From positions 1-29,434 of the IMG/VR virus record IMGVR_UViG_3300014818_000023: a stretch of DNA of 29,434 nucleotides; one strand, 5' to 3'. The DNA comes from a virus (taxonomy: Duplodnaviria > Caudoviricetes). The translations under genes and the position numbers were made by a program. The notes beneath the pieces are model-generated. The model was not told the DNA's origin. It was given only the letters and a program-made list of their open reading frames with translations, and did not search any database. This document shows positions 17,307 to 26,411 of this stretch, one piece after another. The number at the start of each line of letters is the position of its first letter. The stretch's first letter is position 1.

Positions 17307-17804
17307 TCATAGGTCAACTAAGTCGATTGTTAACTTGCCTACCGTACCATCTAACCCAAAGGTGAAGTTGTACTGAGGAAATGCCTCTGAGAAATAAACA
17401 TAAAGGGCCGCAGCGGGGTGACCAATCTGATAAGTAGTAGAAAACCTCAAGTAGCCCTCAGAGGACAGAAACCTGAGTAGCTCTAAGAATAAGTTGCCGT
17501 ACACATAAGATAGACCCCCGTTAACTGGGGCAGTCATACCATACTGAACGAAGACAGTGTTTCCCCCATCGACCACTTTTACTGCGCCCACTTGATTCAT
17601 AAGCTGACCACCTTCGTAAGCTAGAATGAAGCTCAAGCTATGGTCGTTTTGTAAATCATACTTTGTTTGATTGGGGGTGTCTTGCCTGATAGCTTTACCG
17701 TACTCTACGAAATCATCAGGTCTCATACTTAAGCAGTGTAACGCATGGTCTCTGGCGAAAGGAGTGTTGGTCAACTCGAAGGTGTATCCATTACTTGAGG
17801 ACAT
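17307..17804 (-). CDS. hypothetical protein
   Basis: 165-aa ORF with strong AAGGAG RBS; no family recognised. Confidence 0.75.
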   Translation of the reverse strand: MSSSNGYTFELTNTPFARDHALHCLSMRPDDFVEYGKAIRQDTPNQTKYDLQNDHSLSFILAYEGGQLMNQVGAVKVVDGGNTVFVQYGMTAPVNGGLSYVYGNLFLELLRFLSSEGYLRFSTTYQIGHPAAALYVYFSEAFPQYNFTFGLDGTVGKLTIDLVDL

Positions 17805-17825
17805 AAGGTACTCCTTTGGGGAAGT

Positions 17826-18482
17826 TTAGGTGTTGAAGGTGAGGGTAGAGTTGTAAATTAGGATATCTACACCAAACAATGGAACAGTGTTTTGGCCCGT
17901 GGAGAAAGTGTTGGTCATACTCTTGATGCAAAAATACTTTGACGAATGTGGTGCATTGGCGGTCTGTCTGGCCGCAGGCGGTATGTACGTTGTAGTTTCT
18001 AATGCTCCCTCATTAACGGAGGAATTGTAGTCCATACGGAAAGTACCCGAAACACTTGTAGGTAAGGGAGCGCCTGATAACCTCTCAAAAACAAGGTTAC
18101 TTGCTATAAATTTGTCGACGGCCGTGGTCGCCCAACCAATACACCTGTAGACATAACTCCCATTAGTGCTTGCAACATACCACACGGCAGGGGCACTACC
18201 CGTGTTTGGGGGGGAGGTATGGGATGCTGCATTAGAACCGGTCATGAAAAGGATGGAATCATTTGTTATATTCATCCTTGAATTAGAGTTAGCGATGTAA
18301 CGTCCACCCGTGTTCGCCGTAGGTCCAGAAGACTTACCGTAGAAGTCAGCAAAGTCGATAGCACCACTAGCAGGAATACCACTAGCGGCACCATAATACT
18401 CGTTAAGGCTAATAGGGTTAGACCCGCCAAACTCAGTCTGGATGTTAGCCAAAGAGATAGCACCGCTTGTCTGTAATGCCAT
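17826..18482 (-). CDS. fibre-tip adhesin with T-even gp38-like N-terminal attachment domain
   Basis: MALQTSGAISL..IQTEFGG.NPISL.EYY.....P.SG.I...DFYGKS N-terminus, directly after a chaperone-bearing fibre. Confidence 0.65.
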   Translation of the reverse strand: MALQTSGAISLANIQTEFGGSNPISLNEYYGAASGIPASGAIDFADFYGKSSGPTANTGGRYIANSNSRMNITNDSILFMTGSNAASHTSPPNTGSAPAVWYVASTNGSYVYRCIGWATTAVDKFIASNLVFERLSGAPLPTSVSGTFRMDYNSSVNEGALETTTYIPPAARQTANAPHSSKYFCIKSMTNTFSTGQNTVPLFGVDILIYNSTLTFNT

Positions 18483-18485
18483 GTC

Positions 18486-19751
18486 TTACCCCTTCAGTTC
18501 ATCTAGCTCTTGTTTTAGCTCTTTGATCGCCTCGACCAGTAACGGCACTAGCCTTGCGTAATCGACAGTTAGGTAGTTTTCACCCGACTTAGAATACTCT
18601 TGGTCATTCTCATCAATACCTACATCGAAAGGTGCAGGGTGAATAGCCTCTGGCATAACTGCTTGTACAGCCTGAGCAGAAAGAGCTACCTGTTGCTTAT
18701 CATTGTTGTAGCCATTCTCACGGGCAACTTCATTCTCTACGTAGTAGAACCCTTCGAGGGAACCTACCTTGCCAAGCGCATCATCAATAGTGCTAGTCTT
18801 GGTCTTTAGTCTCATGTCTGAATAGTAAGCTGTAACATTGCTGGTTGAGCGAAACTGGACACTAGCTAAAACGTGGGAGTTGTTTACCTCAAGACGTTCT
18901 GCACCACCTGTAACTACACGCCATTGGTCTGCTGCGTGAAACTGCATGTAGGTGTTGGTATCGCCGTTGTGGTACATTATGTTACCAAGGTACATATTTT
19001 CTACAGTGCTAGGACCAGCTGGACCTGTAGCACCAGTAGCACCTGTAGGACCTTGTGGACCTTGTGGACCAGTAGCTCCATTTGAGCCAGCCGCACCAGT
19101 GTTTCCCGTATTACCTTTAGGTCCAGTAGGTCCCGTAGGTCCAGTAGAGCCAGCTGGGCCTGCTAAACCCTGAGGGCCTTGTGGGCCTGTGGCTCCCTGT
19201 GGACCTGTAGCACCAGTGTTTCCCGTGTCACCTTTAGGTCCAGTAGGTCCTTGTGGACCAGTATTTCCTTGTGGGCCAGTATCTCCTGCTACTCCGTCAT
19301 CACCTTGTGGACCTTGCGGACCAGTAGAGCCTTGAGCGCCAGTAGCTCCTGCGGAGCCTGTAAGGCCGATAGGACCCTGTGGACCCGTATTTCCTATGTT
19401 ACCCTGCGGACCTTGCGCACCAGTGGCTCCCTGAGGCCCTGTGGCTCCCTGTGGACCTGTAGCACCAGTAGAACCCGTAGGCCCTTGCAAGGCGGAGTTA
19501 GTTACAGTAGCTTTCTTCCAAGAACCAGCTGATACATCGTAGATAGGGAGGATGTCAGAGGAAGCAGGGTTGGAGTGAGTAGACAAGGACGTTAGTGCAG
19601 AACCAAGGTTGGCCTGAGTCACATCAGCACCAGAAGCAATGCCATCTAGCTTAGTACCATCTGAGGATACGTTGCGTCCGCTAACAGTCCCGACATTAAT
19701 TACGTTAAGACTGTCGTTAATTACTTCGGTGCCGTTGATCTTGATTGCCAT
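18486..19751 (-). CDS. collagen-like fibre protein with C-terminal intramolecular chaperone (peptidase S74)
   Basis: 53 uninterrupted G-X-Y triplets; YY|SDMRLK cleavage motif, [21 protein letters not shown] coiled-coil end. Confidence 0.9.
   Translation of the reverse strand: MAIKINGTEVINDSLNVINVGTVSGRNVSSDGTKLDGIASGADVTQANLGSALTSLSTHSNPASSDILPIYDVSAGSWKKATVTNSALQGPTGSTGATGPQGATGPQGATGAQGPQGNIGNTGPQGPIGLTGSAGATGAQGSTGPQGPQGDDGVAGDTGPQGNTGPQGPTGPKGDTGNTGATGPQGATGPQGPQGLAGPAGSTGPTGPTGPKGNTGNTGAAGSNGATGPQGPQGPTGATGATGPAGPSTVENMYLGNIMYHNGDTNTYMQFHAADQWRVVTGGAERLEVNNSHVLASVQFRSTSNVTAYYSDMRLKTKTSTIDDALGKVGSLEGFYYVENEVARENGYNNDKQQVALSAQAVQAVMPEAIHPAPFDVGIDENDQEYSKSGENYLTVDYARLVPLLVEAIKELKQELDELKG
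19008..19484 (-). repeat. collagen G-X-Y repeat (53 triplets; 9-bp periodicity)
   Basis: [12 protein letters not shown] triplets counted in the translation. Confidence 0.95.
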
Positions 19752-19781
19752 CGTCGTGTTCTCACTATTAGCTAAGGTTGA

Positions 19782-21623
19782 TTAGAAGGTTGCGTCTGTT
19801 TCTACGTCATTAGCGACAGACATTGTGCCACTTGAGTTCATACTAAACTTAGTCACACCTTGATATTGAAAGATAAGGCTTCCACCTGTCTCAGTAATAG
19901 TCCAGTCACCTAAGTCTACTGTAGGCACGTTAAGTGTCCCTGACATAGTGTCGCCAGCAAGTTGTACGTAGCGAGTATCGTGTGTGTGACTGTCGTTTAT
20001 CACTGTAGCAGTAATAGCAGCGTCAGCACTACCGTTGAAGGATACTGTACCTGTTACATCGCCAGATAAAGTAATGTTACGTGCCGTAAGAAGCTGTGAT
20101 GCGTTAGAGGCTGTACCTGTAAGGTTGCCAACTACGTTACCAATGACAGAGTTAACCTTGATGTCCCCGTAGGAGAATGAGGCGTGTGCTGTGTCGATAG
20201 CACCCTCTGGCTCTGGTGAATACGCATCAAAGAACGTCCAGAAGTTAGTAGATACATCGTAGTACATACCAATGTGGGTATAACCTACACCAGAAGTGCC
20301 AGTGTTGCGGTTAGATGCAATACCTGTGTCTACGTTAGTAGGGGAGGCTACACCAGACCATACATCATTCAGAGTGTGTCCAGTAACAGCGTTGAACTTT
20401 ACGTTTACGCCATCCTCAAGCTCTTGGTCGTTGCCTGTAATCTCAATCTCAGCAGACTGAGTGACAAAATCGTCAGTAGACCAACGGAAGTAGTCATCTT
20501 CTTGTGAGTGGCTAAGAGTTGTAATCTTTACCTTGAACGTCTTGTTACTGCTAGTACCCTTGTAGTGACCAGTGAACAAAGCGTCATCAAGACCCGTACC
20601 CGTGTGGGTAACGTCAGTAATAGTATCGCCAGAGTTAAAGTAGTTGAAAGAACCCGACAAAGAAATGTTGTTCGTGTTCGTGATGGTCTGCGTACCGTTA
20701 ACCGTTAGGTCACCGTCTACCGTTAGGTCCGCATCAAAGTGTGCGTTACCCTCAACCCGCATCGTCTTGAAACTCTCATGCGAGATGTCAACATAGATAC
20801 ACCCGTTTACACCGCTGATTAGGCAGATACCTACTTCTGTAGGGTAGTTAGGATACGTAGGAGAGTCTGTCTGAGTACCACCAGAGGCACCTACAGCAAC
20901 GTGTACAGGCACACCTACGGTTAGTGCAGATGTATCTACGTCAGCAATAAGACCACGAGTAGTAATATAACCTATAGAACTATTCTCAATGTCGTGAGTT
21001 GCAAGACCCACGGCCTGTGCTTGGCTGTATGTTCCGTCCGCCCTAGCGACAGCAATAGTTGGTGTAGCACCACTCTCGCCAGTTAGATAGACAGGAGTAC
21101 CGTTGGAAACAGTCGATCCTGTGTCGTTATAGACACGGATGTACTCTTCTTGCCCGATCTGGAGCGTAATGTCGCTCTCATCGTTGTAGAAAGCTAAAGC
21201 ACCGAAGGCTTTGTCATAGAATAAGCGACCCTCGGCGTAGGAAGGTTTATTAGCCTCGGTTGTGTGAACGTCTAGGTGTGTCTGTACTTCGGTACCATTA
21301 GTGTACCCATCGACATTCATGAGGACTGCTTTACTAGACGGCTGTGCGACAAAGATAAACTTAGTACCAGAAGTCCAATTAACTGCACTGTCCGCATTAG
21401 AGGACGAGAGGATGGTAGTACGTGCCAAAGTAGTTCCAGAGGCAGTGTAAGTACCAATACCCACTTCCCACTCAGCACCGTCAGTGCAAGAGTAGTAGGT
21501 CGTATTACCATCCCCAACAGAGGAGAACCCTTGAAAACCAGCTTCGGCACCTGCTAGTGTGTAAGTACCTGTACCAGTAGTTGTGGTAGATTCCTTCACA
21601 CGATCTTTAATAACAAGTGCCAT
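19782..21623 (-). CDS. multi-domain fibre protein (613 aa)
   Basis: N-terminal [17 protein letters not shown]...WEVG.GTY....LARTT domain; fibre motifs [36 protein letters not shown]; C-terminal [14 protein letters not shown] knob. Confidence 0.8.
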   Translation of the reverse strand: MALVIKDRVKESTTTTGTGTYTLAGAEAGFQGFSSVGDGNTTYYSCTDGAEWEVGIGTYTASGTTLARTTILSSSNADSAVNWTSGTKFIFVAQPSSKAVLMNVDGYTNGTEVQTHLDVHTTEANKPSYAEGRLFYDKAFGALAFYNDESDITLQIGQEEYIRVYNDTGSTVSNGTPVYLTGESGATPTIAVARADGTYSQAQAVGLATHDIENSSIGYITTRGLIADVDTSALTVGVPVHVAVGASGGTQTDSPTYPNYPTEVGICLISGVNGCIYVDISHESFKTMRVEGNAHFDADLTVDGDLTVNGTQTITNTNNISLSGSFNYFNSGDTITDVTHTGTGLDDALFTGHYKGTSSNKTFKVKITTLSHSQEDDYFRWSTDDFVTQSAEIEITGNDQELEDGVNVKFNAVTGHTLNDVWSGVASPTNVDTGIASNRNTGTSGVGYTHIGMYYDVSTNFWTFFDAYSPEPEGAIDTAHASFSYGDIKVNSVIGNVVGNLTGTASNASQLLTARNITLSGDVTGTVSFNGSADAAITATVINDSHTHDTRYVQLAGDTMSGTLNVPTVDLGDWTITETGGSLIFQYQGVTKFSMNSSGTMSVANDVETDATF

Positions 21624-21633
21624 AGTTTATTCC

Positions 21634-22005
21634 TTAAACTGGGTCAGGGATGCCGATGTCAAATGTAGCAAGGGTAAATGTGTTACCGTTTGTTACAGAC
21701 TGTGAGGCTGTAAGGGCTGCTGTAGCCAACAAGCGAGAGTTAGCTGTGTCAACTAGCGCATAGTGAGTAACTGTGCCTGTACCTGTGATTGAACCGTCAG
21801 CAATAGCTGATACTGTAACCTTACGTCCGCCACCAGCGCGATCCGATGGAGCAGCGATGGATAGGGAAGTCGAGTTACCCAACGCATAGGTTGAGGTAGC
21901 CTCTGTGTAGTCAGTAGCCTCAGTAGAGGTTACATAGACTGCGTTAGCTTCTAAGTCAAGGATTGATAGTCCTTCGTCGAAAACGCGATCATTAAGATAT
22001 GCCAT
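21634..22005 (-). CDS. small beta-rich virion protein; candidate polymerising filament subunit
   Basis: 123 aa, Ala/Thr/Ser-rich, with G.ITGTGTVTHYALVD...RLL and Q.VT.GN.F.L..FDI.IPD motifs; TAATG-coupled to the portal gene. Confidence 0.65.
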   Translation of the reverse strand: MAYLNDRVFDEGLSILDLEANAVYVTSTEATDYTEATSTYALGNSTSLSIAAPSDRAGGGRKVTVSAIADGSITGTGTVTHYALVDTANSRLLATAALTASQSVTNGNTFTLATFDIGIPDPV

Positions 22006-23366
22006 TATTTTTCTTCCTGTTCTTCTTCGGGAGCCTGTGGCTCTTCTGTTTCTGTAGCCCCATTAGGGTCATAATTCAATTCAGCGATGTCCATAAGGTT
22101 TTGGATAACCTCTGGGTGATTACTGACGTTAATATCCGCGCCGTTAAGGTTACGCAGGAACCCTGCAATCTCACGTAGGTCGTGAGGAGCGACATCACCA
22201 GCTTTAATAATTGGCATCAGTGAATAGTCCAGACCGTTCAACTCCCAAAGGCGCTCAACTAGCTGCTTGTTAAGTACATCAACAATCTGCTGTACGTAGC
22301 TCTCTAGGGCGCGGAGGAACAAGTCTGTCTTGCTTTTAGACAAGGCGTATGAACCGCCCTGACTGCCAAGCATTAGAAACTCAGAGAGAACGCTACGTGC
22401 AATATCATGCTGGTAACGTCTAACGATGGGGTCAATATCAATGTTACGTGATCCGCTGGACGACATAAGTTCGACATCTACTAACCTAATCTGGGTAGGA
22501 GAGCCATCTTTGTCAGGATACGTATCAGAGGGAGTAATGATGTAACCTTGTTCGTTGAACTTAACATCACGTAGGATTTGCTCTAGGTTTTGTCTAAAGG
22601 CAGCCTGTGATGGGGTAGCATCAGCTGAGAGGTACTCCGAAGGAATACGTGCAACTGGGATACCAGCAAGTTCACGCTCAACCGCAATAGCTTCGATAGC
22701 TTGCAGGTTGTTTAGGTACTCATAAGATGTATAAGCATTGCGTAGGATACTACGACCACTGGGATCGCCGTTAATAGTAGTAGTGCGGTAATAAAGGCTT
22801 TTGCGGGAGGGGATGTAATGGCTGTTAGAACCTGCATAGCTACCCTCTTGGTAAATGCCTAAGATGTCACCAGTCTGTTGGTTTACATCAAACTTAGAAA
22901 CTGTCCAAGGCGCGCGCATAGCAATTTTACGGACACCCATACGACCATCAGAATACTTAGAACGCTTCTTGTCGTTAGTTTCAGTAGGACCAACACGGCG
23001 CTTATATACAATCTCGAACCAAGCGAAACCATAAGATAGGCAGGATAGAGCCTCAGCCACATGATCGTCAAGTGAGTGATCCATATCTTCCAGAACACTC
23101 TGTACATAGTCAGCCTCTTTTTGTGCAGCAGGGGTATTGTCAGCAGGGAATACCTTAAGGTCTACATCACGTAGTACCTGTTCAGTAGCATACATGACAG
23201 CACCGATAGTGCTATCGTTGTCACGCATCTCACGGTACTTGCGGATAGCCTTCTTGCCACGTAGCTCAGAGAGAAACTCGTCCGAACGGATTTGACCGTT
23301 GTGTGTGTTGTCGCCAGAGACACCTAAGATGCCTGTAGCTTCCGTTGGAGAAAGTTTCTTTGCCAT
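22005..23366 (-). CDS. portal protein (DUF935 / Mu gp29-like)
   Basis: Y.EM...D..I, L.YGF...EIVY, G.P.G.SILR..Y, GSYALS......F, N..LV..L..LN; follows the terminase. Confidence 0.92.
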   Translation of the reverse strand: MAKKLSPTEATGILGVSGDNTHNGQIRSDEFLSELRGKKAIRKYREMRDNDSTIGAVMYATEQVLRDVDLKVFPADNTPAAQKEADYVQSVLEDMDHSLDDHVAEALSCLSYGFAWFEIVYKRRVGPTETNDKKRSKYSDGRMGVRKIAMRAPWTVSKFDVNQQTGDILGIYQEGSYAGSNSHYIPSRKSLYYRTTTINGDPSGRSILRNAYTSYEYLNNLQAIEAIAVERELAGIPVARIPSEYLSADATPSQAAFRQNLEQILRDVKFNEQGYIITPSDTYPDKDGSPTQIRLVDVELMSSSGSRNIDIDPIVRRYQHDIARSVLSEFLMLGSQGGSYALSKSKTDLFLRALESYVQQIVDVLNKQLVERLWELNGLDYSLMPIIKAGDVAPHDLREIAGFLRNLNGADINVSNHPEVIQNLMDIAELNYDPNGATETEEPQAPEEEQEEK

Positions 23367-23367
23367 T

Positions 23368-24723
23368 TTACTTTAAGCCTTGTGCGTTAGAGTATGCCAG
23401 CACTAGCTGTGGTTTTGCATATCCATTCAATGAGAGGTCCGTTATAGCCCATACCATAGCATCAAGACGGTCTGGTGAGCCTGTGGACCCTAAAGGTTCC
23501 CACTGTACCATCTGATCCTCTAAGTCGTTTAGTCCCTTGACGTGTTTAACCTTACCTTGTTCGTATAGAGCAGAGACAGGTTCAGCCCGTGCCATCTTAC
23601 CCCTACTTGCATGTACGAGTTTAACTGGGACGGTTTCGTCTTCGGTGTGTAGAGTGTGTCGTACCATATCACCACCTTGGTTCTTCTCCGCAACAATGCG
23701 GTCAGCCATGTGTTTGTGATATAGGTCAATCGCCTTAGCAGCCCACTGTTGTGGAGTGTAGCGATCTGTGTGATCTTCTAATACGTATGCGATGCCGTTA
23801 ACATCTATGCCAGCGACAATCATACCTGTCATATCGCTTTCAGCATTAGCACTAACAGCAGGGTCAATAGAAACAATAATACGAGCAAGTTGTGGGATAG
23901 CATCTTTGTCTACCTCACATTTATGCAGGAGGTTTCTATTCCACAAAGCACCTGATGCCTCGTCTAAGACCTCAGCGTATAGTTCCTGTCTACCAAGGCG
24001 TGTGCCTTCATACGTCTTCTTAACTGCATCTAAGAATGAACCTGCAAGGTTAGCAGAGTTATCAAAGGTAGAACCCTTACTGATAAGAGTGTTCTCATCC
24101 GCAATGATGCCACGTAGCAGCTTAGTTGTTTTGGGGGTTGTTGTCACAAAGACTTGTGGCTTACGTCCTAGACGCAGACCGAACATCATCATGTCCCAAG
24201 TCTCTTGTGCGTTGCGCCATGCGCAAAGTTCGTCAGTCCATGCACTAAATGCCTGTGGACCACGGAGACGCTCAGGGTCTTCCGCCGAGAAGAATACAGC
24301 CTTAGCCCCATTCTCCCATGTTAATGAATTGTTTGTTGGTGACCAGACGGGGAAGCCTACGTGTTTACCACGATAAGTCTCATCACCCTTCCAGCAGACA
24401 TTAAGTAATCCACTGTCACCCTCGACCATAACTCGTCTTACATCACCCTTAGTGGGAGCGACACAATGAACGATCTTATCGCCCTTCTTAATACGATGAC
24501 GTACCCATTCAGCACCAGCACGGGTCTTACCCCAGCCACGTCCAGCTAAGGCTAACCAAGTTGACCAATCGCCCTTCGGCTCTAACTGATCTGGTCTAGC
24601 CCAAAACTCCCAGTTGTACCTTAGCTCTTCTGCCTTAGCAGGGCCAAGTTTACGTAGGATGTCTGCAACCTCTTCATCGGAAAGAGACCGTAGATCGTCA
24701 GCTGTTACTGGAAGTTTGGTCAT
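23368..24723 (-). CDS. terL: terminase large subunit
   Basis: Walker A AGRGWGKT, Walker B LRGPQ...AWTDE, TTTPK coupling motif, nuclease IDPA...D.TG and PDRLDA. Confidence 0.97.
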   Translation of the reverse strand: MTKLPVTADDLRSLSDEEVADILRKLGPAKAEELRYNWEFWARPDQLEPKGDWSTWLALAGRGWGKTRAGAEWVRHRIKKGDKIVHCVAPTKGDVRRVMVEGDSGLLNVCWKGDETYRGKHVGFPVWSPTNNSLTWENGAKAVFFSAEDPERLRGPQAFSAWTDELCAWRNAQETWDMMMFGLRLGRKPQVFVTTTPKTTKLLRGIIADENTLISKGSTFDNSANLAGSFLDAVKKTYEGTRLGRQELYAEVLDEASGALWNRNLLHKCEVDKDAIPQLARIIVSIDPAVSANAESDMTGMIVAGIDVNGIAYVLEDHTDRYTPQQWAAKAIDLYHKHMADRIVAEKNQGGDMVRHTLHTEDETVPVKLVHASRGKMARAEPVSALYEQGKVKHVKGLNDLEDQMVQWEPLGSTGSPDRLDAMVWAITDLSLNGYAKPQLVLAYSNAQGLK

Positions 24724-25099
24724 CGGGGTTTGATTTTCCTAGTAGGCCCATCAGACTGTCAATAGCACTGTCATCTGTGTCAGGGTCTGTTTCTAGTTCC
24801 ATCTCGTTAATCGTACTGTTAGGTGACCAACCACCCTTAGAACGTAGATAGAACTCTTGGGACTTAAAGTCACCATCTAAGGCTTGCTGCACAACGACAT
24901 TACCAATGGCAGCGACAATACTAGCTTTAGTCTCAGCAATGTCTTCACCATATAGCTTATAGAAGGTAGCTGTACTTGAGGGTGCATTTTGATACTTCTG
25001 GATCGACCCCATAATATCTTTAATGGAGACACCATTACGGACGCCTTCACGTACTTTCTTAGCGATGATCTCGCTGTAGGGAATTGAAGGGATCGACAT
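24698..25099 (-). CDS. terS: terminase small subunit
   Basis: HTH-like N-terminus, ..A..GD...QEFYL.SKGGW motif; overlaps the terL start. Confidence 0.8.
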   Translation of the reverse strand: MSIPSIPYSEIIAKKVREGVRNGVSIKDIMGSIQKYQNAPSSTATFYKLYGEDIAETKASIVAAIGNVVVQQALDGDFKSQEFYLRSKGGWSPNSTINEMELETDPDTDDSAIDSLMGLLGKSNPDDQTSSNS

Positions 25100-25765
25100 A
25101 ATAGGTTCTCTCTTAAGGTTTTACCCCATCGGCATGACCACATCTCTTTATGGTTTATATGATGGAAAGGTTCGTCATGGTTGGGGGAAACTTGTGTAGC
25201 ACTAAAGTGGAATTGTAGTAAATACTACAATAGCTCCGACCTAAGCATACTATAGTATATACTTACGTCTCTATACTACATTGTATATATACTGATATGT
25301 ATAAATACTTACGTAGGAAACTTACGTAGTGCTGTTACTTATATATACACCCCTTTTTCTGCAATAGTAAACATGAGATTCTCAACTATTTTATATGTCG
25401 TTGATATTACACGAATGTTTTTTTGTTAGGGGTTACTTAAGTAGGTAGCGCAGGTCGTTGTCGTGAGTGGGTACGCGATGTCGGGGAGGTAATAGACGCT
25501 TGTATGCGACCGTATGTCGCACCTTAGTTGTACGATTATTTTTTTTATGTTGGAAATATAAGTGGTAACGCGCCCCACCCGCGAATCACCCCAGTAATCT
25601 GGAGGGTCCCAACCCTTGTCAATACAAATGTTCACTTGACAAATGTTTTTCCTTGCGCTCGGAGGGCGAATCGCCAGCACCCACGTTAATCGTTTGACAA
25701 TCCCCCAAGACTCTGAACCACGACCACAACGAATCACTCTGGTATTTAACCTCTTGACAATGCAC

Positions 25766-25791
25766 AAAAAAGAGCCGCCCGAAAGCGACTC
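25766..25791 (-). terminator. rho-independent terminator of the small-gene cassette
   Basis: Minus strand GAGUCGC-UUUCGG-GCGGCUC followed by UUUUUU, about 40 nt after the 25833 stop. Confidence 0.85.
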
Positions 25792-25832
25792 CATTGTATT
25801 GATTCGTTAGTGATAAAAACTCAGGCGGGTTC

Positions 25833-26048
25833 TTAGATAATACCCAAGAGAACGGCGGCGCTTACTACGGTGTTAGTCGAGCAAGACTCGCACCATCCCT
25901 TGCCCTGATCAGGTTCGTATTCGGTTGAGTAACCGCAGCCCTTGTTCATACATATGGCAGGGTATACGCCCTCGAACGCATATGACTCAGCCATATCAAT
26001 GGGGTCATGAAAGCCCCAATCGTCCGATAGTTGATGCAGCTTATCCAT
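25833..26048 (-). CDS. small Zn-ribbon-like protein
   Basis: GAGGAG RBS; C-x4-C ... EPD....WC-x2-C. Confidence 0.8.
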   Translation of the reverse strand: MDKLHQLSDDWGFHDPIDMAESYAFEGVYPAICMNKGCGYSTEYEPDQGKGWCESCSTNTVVSAAVLLGII

Positions 26049-26202
26049 TGTTAGACTCCTCTACTGTTATTGTTACGCCCTTGCCCTTGTGCTTGTCACG
26101 TAGTGCAATGGCCCTTGTGTTCGCTTGTGCCTTGTTCGCTGCGTCATAGTAGGCGAACGGCTTAGGGCTACCTTGTGTCGCTATATATACGCGGTGTCTC
26201 AT
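26041..26202 (-). CDS. small basic hypothetical protein (53 aa, not in ORF track)
   Basis: MRHRVYIATQGSPKPFAYYDAANKAQANTRAIALRDKHKGKGVTITVEESNNG*. ATGA overlap upstream, GAGGAG RBS, 8-nt overlap downstream. Confidence 0.75.
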   Translation of the reverse strand: MRHRVYIATQGSPKPFAYYDAANKAQANTRAIALRDKHKGKGVTITVEESNNG

Positions 26203-26411
26203 TCGTCTGACTCCTCTTGTTGTTGTTCGTATAGCGCCATAAGGGCAAGCGCGGGAACCATTCTAGTTTCGCCCTTGCGTGGGCCTGACATAATAACGGC
26301 TTCTATCAACGCGCCGTGTTCTTGGGACATATCGGACTCGAACGCCGTCTCTTCGCCTTGTATGGTTGAGTAGAAATATAGTCGGTTATCCTCAACATAT
26401 TGGTCGATCAT
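26199..26411 (-). CDS. small acidic hypothetical protein
   Basis: ATGA overlap with the upstream gene; AAGGAG RBS. Confidence 0.75.
   Translation of the reverse strand: MIDQYVEDNRLYFYSTIQGEETAFESDMSQEHGALIEAVIMSGPRKGETRMVPALALMALYEQQQEESDE

Noticed and set aside
17227-17310. 27-aa micro-ORF MILYIPPARELATEVPLANLVSRYPFY with ATGA overlap
   Set aside because: Coupling is suggestive, but there is no RBS, it leaves a gap before the next gene and has no motif; cannot be supported.
423-24376. Numerous plus-strand ORFs in the track (e.g. 990..1241, 8591..8977, 10031..10417, 23792..24376) and nested alternative-frame minus ORFs
   Set aside because: Antisense or out-of-frame shadows of well-supported minus-strand genes; no RBS or recognisable motifs noticed.
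25684-25760. CtrA boxes (TTAA-N7-TTAA)
   Set aside because: Only single TTAA half-sites are present; the second half does not match.
25426-25794. 122-aa minus-strand ORF
   Set aside because: Starts inside the terminator hairpin and crosses motif-rich regulatory DNA; no recognisable protein features.
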